Shown: positions 9,421-17,910 of the stretch, piece after piece
How positions within the stretch are numbered: the first letter of the stretch is position 1
Layout of the letters: each line of letters opens with the position of its first letter
Assembly: GCA_050257855.1 (NCBI GenBank)
Contig: JBLMXQ010000090.1
Span: 624-64,623 of the forward strand
Length of the DNA: 64,000 nt
Direction: 5' to 3'
Origin: Betaproteobacteria bacterium
GTDB taxonomy: Bacteria > Acidobacteriota > Vicinamibacteria > Vicinamibacterales > CAVVIG01
Made by a program: the position numbers and the translations under genes
Notes under the pieces: model-generated
Databases searched by the model: none
What the model was told of the DNA's origin: nothing
Seen by the model: only the letters and a program-made list of their open reading frames with translations

Positions 9421-10815
9421 CTAAGGTCGGGCGCCGGCGGCGGCCGCAGGCGTCCGCAGACTCACGACGAGGAACGCGGCGACGCTCGCGGCGACGCCCG
9501 GAAAGATCGCGTCGAGACCGAGCGGCGCGGTGGCGGGCAGGCTCCAGGCGACGCACACGGCGAGCCCGATCAGCATCGCTGCGAGGGCGCCGCCGGAGGT
9601 GGCGCGGCGCCAGTTCAGGCCGATGACGACCGGCGCGAAGAAGAAGCTCGCCACGAGCTTGGCCTGGAACAGCACGATGAACTGCACGAGCGGCACTTCG
9701 TGGACCGCGAACCACACCGGCACGAGCGCCAGGACGACGATCGTGCTGCGGTTGGCGAGCAGCTGCCGCCGGTCGCTCGCGAGCCAGCGCGACACCGGCG
9801 CCCACACGTCATGGACGACGCTCGCCGAGGCGACCAGCAGGAGGGCGTTGACCGTGCTCATGATTGCCGAGAACGCCGCCGCGATGAGCAGTGCCCCGGC
9901 CGCCGGCGTCAGCACGTGCGCGGCCATGACCGAGCTGGCGAGATCGCCCGACGGCAGGTCCGGGAACAGCGCGCGCATCGAGAGCCCGATCAGCATGATC
10001 GCACTGCCGATGATCGCCTGGAACACGAGCGCCACCCCGACGGCGTACCGCGTCGTCGCCACGTCGCGCATGGCGATGAAGCGCGTGATCTCGAGCGGCG
10101 TCGCGGCAAGCGACAGGCCGAACGCGGCGCCGAACGCCAGCAGCTCGCGCCAGCCGTAGAACCAGCCGAGGAGGCGTGGATCCACGGACGCCAGCTGGCG
10201 CGCAAGGCCGTCGAGCCCGCCGAGATGCCCGAGCAGCGCCGGGACCGCCACGAGCACCCCGGCGACCATCACGAAGCTCTGGAGCAGGTCGATGCGCGCG
10301 CCGCCGTGCAGGCCCCCGAGCAGCGAGTAGACCGCCGTGCTCGCGAGCACGAGCGCGATGCCGGTCCACTGCGGCCAGCCGAGCACGGCCTCGACGATGA
10401 TGCCGCTCGCCTTGTACTGCGCCACGAGGAAGATCGTGTACGCCAGAACGATGAGCGCGGCCGAAAGCGTCCGCGCGGCGCTGCCGTAGCGGCGGCCGAA
10501 GAAGTCCGGCACGGTCAGGGCGCCCGACGCGCGCAGCTTCGGCGCGACGAACACGGCCGAGACAATCCAGCCGAGCCACGCGCCCGGCCACACCCACGCG
10601 AAGCAGACGCCGGCCATGTAGTGCAGACCGACCGTCCCGACGAAGGTCCCGGCGCTGATCTGCGTGGCGACGAGGGTCCCGCCTCCGACCAGCGCGCCGA
10701 GCGTCCGCCCGGCAACGTAGAAGTCCGCCGCCGTCCGGGTCCGGCGGTATCCGACCCACCCGAGCGCGACGATGCCGCAGAAATAGGCGACGAGGACGAT
10801 CGCGAACACGCTCAC
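9421..10815 (-). CDS. Sodium:solute symporter (PutP/PanF-like)
   Basis: DFYVAGR, ATQISAGTFVG, TVPDFFGRRY, AAAFSAIMST, many TM segments; GTG overlaps the upstream stop (GTGA). Confidence 0.9.
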   Translation of the reverse strand: MSVFAIVLVAYFCGIVALGWVGYRRTRTAADFYVAGRTLGALVGGGTLVATQISAGTFVGTVGLHYMAGVCFAWVWPGAWLGWIVSAVFVAPKLRASGALTVPDFFGRRYGSAARTLSAALIVLAYTIFLVAQYKASGIIVEAVLGWPQWTGIALVLASTAVYSLLGGLHGGARIDLLQSFVMVAGVLVAVPALLGHLGGLDGLARQLASVDPRLLGWFYGWRELLAFGAAFGLSLAATPLEITRFIAMRDVATTRYAVGVALVFQAIIGSAIMLIGLSMRALFPDLPSGDLASSVMAAHVLTPAAGALLIAAAFSAIMSTVNALLLVASASVVHDVWAPVSRWLASDRRQLLANRSTIVVLALVPVWFAVHEVPLVQFIVLFQAKLVASFFFAPVVIGLNWRRATSGGALAAMLIGLAVCVAWSLPATAPLGLDAIFPGVAASVAAFLVVSLRTPAAAAGARP

Positions 10816-11378
10816 GGTCGCAGGCGTCTGCCGTCCCGGCGCGCCATGAGGCGCGCCCATGCGAAGTACGCCGCAATGAACGCCGCGGCGAACACGAACC
10901 AGCCGTAGAAGTTCGCGCCGAACAGCGAGCCGGCGGTCGGCGGCGCGAAGCCGTCGAGCCATCGGGCCGGCGGCGCCGCGCCGCCCCGGGACAGGCTGAC
11001 GAAGGCAGGCGCCGCGGGAAGAGACGCGGTACCGATCCACTGCCCCTGCCGTTCGCTCCAGGACAGCCGCGGGAACTCGTCATCCGGAGGCGCAACGCCG
11101 GGCGCAAGGCGCACGACGAGCTCCACCGGCCGCCCCTGTGGAGCCGAGGGAACCGTGCACCGAAGCTCGGAGGCCGGGGCCGCCGGCGACGGCAGGTACG
11201 TCATGCTGGCGTGGAACCCGTCGCCGACCGCGCTCACCGCACAGCGACCGTCGGCCAGGAAGTCGACCGCGAGCCTGACCGACGCTGCGCTCGCGATCAC
11301 CACGGACACGAAGGGTACGAAGGACGCACAGGCAACGACGGAAACGACGCACGCGACCGAGCGGGCCGGCGATCGCAT
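10812..11378 (-). CDS. Hypothetical exported protein with C-terminal membrane anchor
   Basis: Abuts both neighbours; N-terminal hydrophobic stretch; C-terminal TM FYGWFVFAAAFIAAYFAW followed by basic residues. Confidence 0.6.
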   Translation of the reverse strand: MRSPARSVACVVSVVACASFVPFVSVVIASAASVRLAVDFLADGRCAVSAVGDGFHASMTYLPSPAAPASELRCTVPSAPQGRPVELVVRLAPGVAPPDDEFPRLSWSERQGQWIGTASLPAAPAFVSLSRGGAAPPARWLDGFAPPTAGSLFGANFYGWFVFAAAFIAAYFAWARLMARRDGRRLRP

Positions 11379-12671
11379 CTACATCGAGCCGGCGGCCGGG
11401 GCTTTCCTGCCCTTGATCAGCACCGCGATCGCATCGGGCCGGCCGTTGACGAAATCGATGCGCGTCGACCCGTCCGGCGTCTGCCGGATCACACCTGGAA
11501 TCGACAGCCACGTCAGGTACCACCCGCGCGGCAGGACGACCGAGTTTCGGGGACGGCCGAAGCTGCGGTCGAACACCAGATCCTGGCCCTCGAGGCGGTA
11601 GCTGGCGGGCGCGGTGTAGGTCTCGGAAATCCGCAGCCGGATCGACTGCCCTTTCCTGACCGGCGGAAACCTCACGACGACGACCTGCGCGTCGTCCGGC
11701 ACCTGCTCGCCGTGCATGTCGATCTTCGCCGCCTTGAGCTGCGCGCCGGTCATGATCTCGTCCTTCAGCGCGTCACCGGTGTCGAGGATCTTCGCCGACG
11801 GATTGGACACGGTGCTGCCGTTGCGCACCACGTTCACGTAGTTGTCCACGCCCTCGCGCGACTCGGTGTAGTCGTGATAGAGGCTGAAGGCGTGCGTGGA
11901 CGGTTCCTGCAGGAAGTACACGATGTCGCGATCCTGGTGCGCCCGCTCGGAGAGGCGCGCCCGCTCGGTCGGGCCCTGCGACGGCGGCGCCTCCCAGCTC
12001 CGCGCGCTGGAGGGCGGCTGCGGCGCGGCCGCGGGGCCCGTCTGCGCGCCCGGCTTCGCCTTGACGATGAGCGCGGCAGCCCCGGGATCCTGGTGCATGA
12101 AGCTGATCTTCACGCGGCCGTCCGGCTCCGACAGGACCTGCGACGGCACGTTGCAGTCGGTCAGCTGGTATCCGGCCGGCAGCACGACGCTGTTGCGTCG
12201 GATGCCGAGCGGGCGATTGAACACGATCGAGCTGCCTTCGCGGTAGTAGCTCTTGGGATCCTTGTACGTCTTGACGATCCGGATCCGCGCCTGGCCCCCG
12301 TCGGGGGGAACCGCCCGGGCGAGGTGGATGCGGAGGTAGTCCATGCCGGGATCCGCGCGGGCCAGGCCGCTGGCCTTCGCCTCGGCGCCGCTGACTTGCT
12401 CGAACTTCAGCGGCTCGCCCGTCATCATGTCGTAGACCGATTCGTCGCTCGCGACGCTCCCCTTCCGAATCGGGTTGAAGAAGTAGGTCGCGCCGGGCGT
12501 GGTGGCCGTCACCTCGTAGTCGATCGCGAACGACGCGCTGTCGGGCGCGAGGAGCTCGTACTTCGTGTACTCGTCCTGCTCGGTCTGTCTCGGCTGGGCG
12601 GATGCAACGGACGCAACGGGAACGAAGGACACAAGGGATACGAAGGCGGTCGAGGCGATGAGCGATCTCAT
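11379..12671 (-). CDS. Hypothetical secreted protein made of two homologous domains
   Basis: ATG at 12671 after GAGGA/CAGGA; signal peptide; repeated TY..P.SY..EG...VF.R..G..RNSVVLP.G..LT....P....PDG...I.F. Confidence 0.8.
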   Translation of the reverse strand: MRSLIASTAFVSLVSFVPVASVASAQPRQTEQDEYTKYELLAPDSASFAIDYEVTATTPGATYFFNPIRKGSVASDESVYDMMTGEPLKFEQVSGAEAKASGLARADPGMDYLRIHLARAVPPDGGQARIRIVKTYKDPKSYYREGSSIVFNRPLGIRRNSVVLPAGYQLTDCNVPSQVLSEPDGRVKISFMHQDPGAAALIVKAKPGAQTGPAAAPQPPSSARSWEAPPSQGPTERARLSERAHQDRDIVYFLQEPSTHAFSLYHDYTESREGVDNYVNVVRNGSTVSNPSAKILDTGDALKDEIMTGAQLKAAKIDMHGEQVPDDAQVVVVRFPPVRKGQSIRLRISETYTAPASYRLEGQDLVFDRSFGRPRNSVVLPRGWYLTWLSIPGVIRQTPDGSTRIDFVNGRPDAIAVLIKGRKAPAAGSM

Positions 12672-12733
12672 GGTCCTGTCCTCGTGAAGATGGTCGGGGA
12701 TCCGGCGGCGGGCACCGCGGCAGTATACCCGGG

Positions 12734-13996
12734 TCAGCGCAGGTCGGTGCCGCGAGTTTCGGGAATCCAGATCCAGGCAACCGCCGCCAGCAGGAACGCC
12801 GCGCCGGTGACGCCGAACGCGAGGCCGAAGCCGCGCGTCTCGGCGAGCGACGCCACGGCATACGGCGCGACGGCGCTCGCCACGCGGCCGATGTTGTACG
12901 TGAAGCCCTGCGCGGTTGCGCGGATGGCCGTCGGGTAGAGCTCGGCCGTGAGCGCGCCGAAACCGCTGAAATAACCGGTGCCGAAGAACGCCACGAACGG
13001 TCCGAGGATCAGCAGCGCGAGCGGCGCGCGAATCACGCCGTACAGGGGGAGCAGGACGCTCGCCGCAAGCACGTACGTGACGTAGGCGGTCCGCCGGCCG
13101 ACGGCATCCGCGATGAACCCGAACGTCACGTAGCCGAACCACATGCCGACCTGCATGGCGATGACGAAGAGCGACATCGTCTCGGCCGAGAGGCCGACGC
13201 CGCCGCGCGACGGACCGAGGCGGAGGTACGCGGGGATCCACGAGTTCAGACCCCACCAGCCGAACATGGTGCACGCGTTCATCAGCGTCACGGCGACCGT
13301 AATCCCGCCGCGGCCGTGCCGGAAGACCTCGCCGAGACGCGTGCCGCTGGCCGGCGCGACGTTCCGCTCGCGCCAGATCGCCGGCTCCTCGACACGGCGC
13401 TGAATCCAGACCGTGAAGAGCGCCGGCAACACGCCGACGAAGAACACGCCGCGCCAGCCCCAGCGCGGCGCCACGAGCAGGTAGACGAGGGCGGCGGCGC
13501 CGTAGCCGATCGCCCAGGCGCTCTGCATGAACCCGAGCGCCTTGCCGCGGTGTTCGGCGGGGAACGTCTCGGACACGAGGGCGGCGCCGCTCGCCCACTC
13601 CCCGCCCATGCCGATGCCGAGGAAGACGCGAAAGATGGCGAGCTGCAGCGCGGATTGCGCGAACCCGCACAGCGCCGTGAAGACCGAATAGGTCAGCACG
13701 CTCGCCATCAGGGCCCGCTTGCGGCCGAGCCGATCGGCCACCACGCCGAAGACGATGCCGCCGGCCGCCGATGCGAGCAGCGTGATCGAGTTCAGGACGC
13801 CGGCCATCGGCAGGGACAGGTGCAGCGCGGGATCCTCGACGAGCGCTGCCACGACCATCGCGAACAGCATCACGTCGAACGAATCGAGCATCCACCCGAG
13901 CGACGCCGCGACGAACGCGCGGCGCGCGTGAACGTCGGCCGCGTGCCACCAGCCGAACAGGCCCTGCGGACGATCAACCGGAACCGCCGTGGTCAC
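12734..13996 (-). CDS. MFS transporter (aromatic acid/SHS-like)
   Basis: GWMLDSFD, ADRLGRKR, GIGMGGEWASG, ELYPTAIRATAQGFTYNIGR, IPETRG. Confidence 0.9.
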   Translation of the reverse strand: MTTAVPVDRPQGLFGWWHAADVHARRAFVAASLGWMLDSFDVMLFAMVVAALVEDPALHLSLPMAGVLNSITLLASAAGGIVFGVVADRLGRKRALMASVLTYSVFTALCGFAQSALQLAIFRVFLGIGMGGEWASGAALVSETFPAEHRGKALGFMQSAWAIGYGAAALVYLLVAPRWGWRGVFFVGVLPALFTVWIQRRVEEPAIWRERNVAPASGTRLGEVFRHGRGGITVAVTLMNACTMFGWWGLNSWIPAYLRLGPSRGGVGLSAETMSLFVIAMQVGMWFGYVTFGFIADAVGRRTAYVTYVLAASVLLPLYGVIRAPLALLILGPFVAFFGTGYFSGFGALTAELYPTAIRATAQGFTYNIGRVASAVAPYAVASLAETRGFGLAFGVTGAAFLLAAVAWIWIPETRGTDLR

Positions 13997-14129
13997 CAGG
14001 TCACCTTCCGGGCGTGATCCTACCCGTCCGTGAGCCGATTCGGCGGTCTTTTTCGCATTGCGGTACGGAGGCCGGATTCCGGACCGCGGCCGGAGAACGC
14101 GGCCGGGTTCGACACCGGGAGGAGACCGA

Positions 14130-14831
14130 ATGTCCAGCACACAGCGTGCCGCGCACCGGCGGGACCACCGCAGCGTGCTCGCGGCTCTCGAGAAGAAGCT
14201 GCTCATCGCCATCGCGCGGCGCCTGCCGCGCTGGGTGAGCTCGGATTTGCTGACCCTCTTCGCCCTGGCGTCGATGGGCGCCGCCGGACTGGCGTTCGCG
14301 CACATCACGGACGGGCCCTGGAGCGCGGCGGCCGTCGTCGCGGCGCTGGCAGCGAACTGGTTCGGCGACAGCCTCGACGGCACGCTCGCCCGCGTCCGCG
14401 GCCATGAACGGCCCGGCTACGGCTTCTACGTCGATCACGTGGTCGATCTGATGGGCATCACGGCGCTCGTGGCCGGGATGGGCGCCTCCGGCGCGATGCG
14501 TCCGATCGTCGCAGCGGCGGTGCTGGCCGGCTACGTGCTGGTGGCGGCCGAAACGTTTCTCGCCACGCACGCCTCCGGCGTCTTCCGGCTGTCCTTTGGC
14601 GGCATCGGCGGAACCGAACTGCGCCTTCTGCTGGCGGTCGCCGCCGTGCGAGTGGCCGCCAATCCCATGGCGGCCGTGCCCGGTGTCGGCGTGATGCCTC
14701 TGCTCGACGTCGGCGGCGTGATCGGCGCGGCCGGCCTTGGCGTCGCGTTCCTGATCTCCGCGGCCCGGAACGCGCGCGCGCTGTACCTGGCGGAACCGCT
14801 GCCGGTCGACCGGGCCGGGAGAGCGGCATGA
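14130..14831 (+). CDS. CDP-alcohol phosphatidyltransferase family protein
   Basis: GDSLDGTLAR...GFYVDHVVD signature; GGAGGAG SD. Confidence 0.88.
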   Translation: MSSTQRAAHRRDHRSVLAALEKKLLIAIARRLPRWVSSDLLTLFALASMGAAGLAFAHITDGPWSAAAVVAALAANWFGDSLDGTLARVRGHERPGYGFYVDHVVDLMGITALVAGMGASGAMRPIVAAAVLAGYVLVAAETFLATHASGVFRLSFGGIGGTELRLLLAVAAVRVAANPMAAVPGVGVMPLLDVGGVIGAAGLGVAFLISAARNARALYLAEPLPVDRAGRAA

Positions 14832-15280
14832 GGGGGACCGCGTTTGCGGTCGTGGGCGCGCTGGGGTTCGTCGTTCAGATCGGGACGGTGGCGGCGCTGA
14901 CCAGGCTCGCTGGATGGAATGCCGCGTCGGCCACCGCGGCGGCGGTCGAGCTCGCGGTCCTGCACAACTTCCTCTGGCACGAGCGCTGGACGTGGGCGGA
15001 CCGCATCGGGCGGGGCGCGACGGGCGCGGTCCGCCGGCTCGCCCGGTTCCATCTGGCGAACGGCGCCACGTCGATGGGCGCGAACGTGCTCGGCGTCTGG
15101 GCCGCGGCGGCGCTGTTCGGACTCGATCCGATCGCCGCCAACGTGGCCGCCGTCGTCTGCACCGGCGCGCTGAATTTCATCACCCTGGATCGCTGGGTCT
15201 TCCTGGCCGATGGCGTGCGCGAGGGTGGCGTGCCCTCATCCCGGCGCGATGCTACTGCGCCCCGATCGCTTTCACCGTGA
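14828..15280 (+). CDS. GtrA-family membrane protein
   Basis: FAVVGALG, AVELAVLHNFLWHERWTW, NF...RWVF; ATGA overlap. Confidence 0.85.
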   Translation: MRGTAFAVVGALGFVVQIGTVAALTRLAGWNAASATAAAVELAVLHNFLWHERWTWADRIGRGATGAVRRLARFHLANGATSMGANVLGVWAAAALFGLDPIAANVAAVVCTGALNFITLDRWVFLADGVREGGVPSSRRDATAPRSLSP

Positions 15281-16013
15281 CGCCCGCCGCTTCGAGACCG
15301 TGGCGGATTCTCGCCGCGAGATCGTCCGAGCCGGGCGTGTCGCCGTGAACGCAGATCGTCTCCGCGTCGAGCGAGACGATGCTGCCGTCGGCGGCAACGA
15401 CCGTCCGCTCCTTCGCCATCCTGACGGCCCGGGCGACGACCGCCTCGGGATCGTGAATGACGGCGCCCGGCTTGCGGCGCGACACGAGCGAACCGTCCGG
15501 CTCGTACGCGCGATCCGCGAACACCTCGGCCGCCACGCGCAGCCCGGCCGTCTTGCCGGCCGCGAGAATCTCGGATCCCGGCAGGCCGAAGAGGATCAGG
15601 CCGCGATCGAAGGCAGCGACAGCGCGCGCGATCGCCGCCGACAGCTCGGGATTCCGCACCGCCATGTTGAACAGGGCGCCGTGCGGCTTGACGTGCTGGA
15701 GGCGCACGCCTTCGGCGGCGGCCACGCCGGCGACCGCGGCGACCTGATAGAGCACGAGGTCCTCGGCCTCGCGCGGCGTCACGTTCAGCTCGCGCCGCCC
15801 GAAGCCGACCAGATCGGGAAAGCCCGGATGCGCGCCGACCGCGACGCCGTGCGCCTTCGCCATCCTGATCGTTCCGCGGAGCACCGACGGATCGCCGGCG
15901 TGGAATCCTGCGGCGACGTTGGCGGAAGTGATCGCCTTCATCAACCCGGCGTCGTGCCCGATCGTGTAGGCGCCGAAGGATTCGCCCATGTCAGAGTTGA
16001 TGTCGATTCGCAT
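15252..16013 (-). CDS. pxpA: 5-oxoprolinase subunit A (LamB/YcsF family)
   Basis: IDINSDMGESFG, GFHAGDP, GAHPGFPD, HVKPHGALFN, EVFADRAY, ICVHGDTP. Confidence 0.93.
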   Translation of the reverse strand: MRIDINSDMGESFGAYTIGHDAGLMKAITSANVAAGFHAGDPSVLRGTIRMAKAHGVAVGAHPGFPDLVGFGRRELNVTPREAEDLVLYQVAAVAGVAAAEGVRLQHVKPHGALFNMAVRNPELSAAIARAVAAFDRGLILFGLPGSEILAAGKTAGLRVAAEVFADRAYEPDGSLVSRRKPGAVIHDPEAVVARAVRMAKERTVVAADGSIVSLDAETICVHGDTPGSDDLAARIRHGLEAAGVTVKAIGAQ

Positions 16014-16195
16014 GGCGGCGCTCGCTGGAGATACGTCGGCGCTGAAGTCGCGTGCCTGATTTGCGGACAGCGGACCGTGAACGTGACGCGGTGGCGGAAC
16101 GGACGGTCGGACGAACGGCGCCGGCAGCAAGCGCGGCCGGGAAGGGCGGCAGAAGCAATCGCCGGATCATCGCCGGCGATTCTACATCCACGCGT

Positions 16196-16236
16196 ACAAA
16201 ACAAAAGGGCATCGCGTGATTGCGATACCCTTTTGG
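16196..16236 (-). terminator. Intrinsic terminator
   Basis: Minus strand CAAAAGGGTATCGC-AATCAC-GCGATGCCCTTTTG-TTTT. Confidence 0.85.
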
Positions 16237-16299
16237 CTCACCGGCCTGGCTCCCCCAGCATTCACGGCGCCCTGCCGTAATCAGACCGGTGATTGCGAC
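16197..16299 (-). ncRNA. Candidate ~100-nt sigma-54-dependent small RNA, family unknown
   Basis: Lies between a -24/-12 motif and a terminator; outer stem CACCGGTCTG/CAGGCCGGTG with inner ACGGC/GCCGT hairpin; TCGCAATCAC present twice. Confidence 0.55.
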
Positions 16300-16309
16300 G
16301 AGTCCTTTC

Positions 16310-16325
16310 GCAATGCGCGTGCCTA
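16310..16325 (-). promoter_or_regulatory. Putative sigma-54 -24/-12 promoter
   Basis: Minus strand TAGGCACGCGCATTGC = GGCACG-N4-TTGC. Confidence 0.7.
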
Positions 16326-16396
16326 CTCCGGGCGTGCACGATTCCGCGAAAAATCCTGGCGGCCGGCAGCCGCGTCTCGCGCGCGCGTCACGACTT

Positions 16397-16412
16397 TGTC
16401 GCGACGGTTACA
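16397..16412. promoter_or_regulatory. Putative enhancer-binding-protein site (TGT-N10-ACA)
   Basis: TGTCGCGACGGTTACA about 70-90 bp upstream of the -24 box. Confidence 0.4.
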
Positions 16413-16487
16413 CTTTTTGCGCACCGGCCGCGCTGGCTCGTGAACGCGGCCCGCGCCGCGAGTCGGCCTGAACCGAGCGCCGCCCGG

Positions 16488-17036
16488 CTAGAACGTCGGC
16501 AGGCGATCGATCACTTCCGACAGCGCCGGGAACCGGCGGTCGCGCGGCGAGAGGATCGGGTCGCTCACCTTCCAGTCGATCGCCAGGTCGCGGTCGTTCC
16601 AGGCGATGCCGACTTCGTCCTCCGGATCGTACAGCTCCGTGCACTTGTATTCGACCTGGGCGACGGCGCTGACGACCGAGAAGCCGTGAGCGAATCCCGG
16701 CGGCACGTAGCACTGCCTGAAGCTGTCCGCCGACAACATGACGCCGACCCATTGCCCGAACGCAGGCGAGCCGCGCCGCACGTCGACGGCGACGTCGAAG
16801 ATTTCGCCCTCGACGACGCGGATCAGCTTGCCCTGCGGCCGGCGCACCTGGAGATGCAGTCCCCGGACGGTCCGGCCGAGGGAGAGCGAGTGGTTGTCCT
16901 GGATGAACGGGCCGGGCACGCCGGCGGCGCGGTACTTGTCCGCGCGGTAGGTCTCGAGAAAGTACCCGCGGCCGTCGCGGTGGACGTCCGGCTCGATCAC
17001 CAGGACGCCGGGGAGATCCGTCGGGAGGAACCGCAC
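16488..17036 (-). CDS. rfbC: dTDP-4-dehydrorhamnose 3,5-epimerase
   Basis: DGRGYF, QDNHS, RGLHLQ, DVAVDVRRGSP, PPGFAHGF, YKCT. Confidence 0.95.
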   Translation of the reverse strand: MRFLPTDLPGVLVIEPDVHRDGRGYFLETYRADKYRAAGVPGPFIQDNHSLSLGRTVRGLHLQVRRPQGKLIRVVEGEIFDVAVDVRRGSPAFGQWVGVMLSADSFRQCYVPPGFAHGFSVVSAVAQVEYKCTELYDPEDEVGIAWNDRDLAIDWKVSDPILSPRDRRFPALSEVIDRLPTF

Positions 17037-17037
17037 G

Positions 17038-17910
17038 TCACGGCTCCTGCTCGAGCACACGGAACAGATATTGCCCGTATTCGCTCGATTCCATCGCGTG
17101 CGCCAGCCGCCGCAGCGCGGCGCGGTCGATGTAGCCCATGCGGTACGCGATCTCCTCGACGCAGGCCACCATCAGCCCCTGCCGTTCCTCGATCGCCTGA
17201 ATGTAGCTCGACGCCTGCATCAGTGCCTCGTGGGTGCCGGTATCCAGCCAGGCGATGCCGCGCGCGAGCCTCTCGACGTGCAGGGCGCCGCGTTCGAGGT
17301 AGGCGCGGTTGACGTCGGTGATCTCGAGCTCGCCGCGCGGCGATGCCTTCAGGCCGGCGGCGATGCCGAGGACGTCGTTGTCGTAGAAGTACAGTCCGGT
17401 GACGGCGAGCGACGACCTCGGCTTCGCGGGCTTCTCCTCGATGCTGACGGGACGTCCCCGCGCGTCGAGCTCGATGACGCCGTACCGCTCGGGATCGCGG
17501 ACCTGATAGCCGAATATCGTCGCGCCGTGCTCGCGCGCGGCCGCGGCGCGCAGGTAGTCGGAGAAGTGCGCGCCGTAGAAGATGTTGTCCCCGAGGGCGA
17601 GCGCCACGCGGTCGCGCCCGATGAACTCCCGGCCGATCAGAAACGCCTGCGCGAGCCCCTCGGGCCTCGACTGCACCGCGTACCGGATGGACAGCCCGAT
17701 CTCCTCGCCCGCGCCGAGCAGCCGGCGGAAGCTCTCCTGGTCGTGCGGCGTCGTGATGACCAGGATCTCCCGGATGCCGGCGAGCATCAGCGTGGAGAGC
17801 GGGTAGTAGATCATCGGCTTGTTGTAGATCGGCATCAGCTGCTTGCTGATCGCCCGCGTCAGCGGGTGCAGCCGCGACCCCGATCCGCCCGCCAGAATGA
17901 TCCCCCTCAT
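17038..17910 (-). CDS. rfbA: Glucose-1-phosphate thymidylyltransferase
   Basis: [46 protein letters not shown]. Confidence 0.96.
   Translation of the reverse strand: MRGIILAGGSGSRLHPLTRAISKQLMPIYNKPMIYYPLSTLMLAGIREILVITTPHDQESFRRLLGAGEEIGLSIRYAVQSRPEGLAQAFLIGREFIGRDRVALALGDNIFYGAHFSDYLRAAAAREHGATIFGYQVRDPERYGVIELDARGRPVSIEEKPAKPRSSLAVTGLYFYDNDVLGIAAGLKASPRGELEITDVNRAYLERGALHVERLARGIAWLDTGTHEALMQASSYIQAIEERQGLMVACVEEIAYRMGYIDRAALRRLAHAMESSEYGQYLFRVLEQEP

Noticed and set aside
11379-13949. 856-aa ORF
   Set aside because: Its N-terminal half is an Arg-rich alternative frame of the MFS gene; the true start is 12671
16240-16320. Cyclic di-GMP-I riboswitch-like words (GAAA, CGCAA, CCGGTCT, TACGGCAG) and CsrB-like GGA motifs
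   Set aside because: The P1/P2 pairing and GGCAAA element do not fit, and most GGA motifs lie upstream of the predicted start; kept only as an unknown sRNA pending an Rfam search
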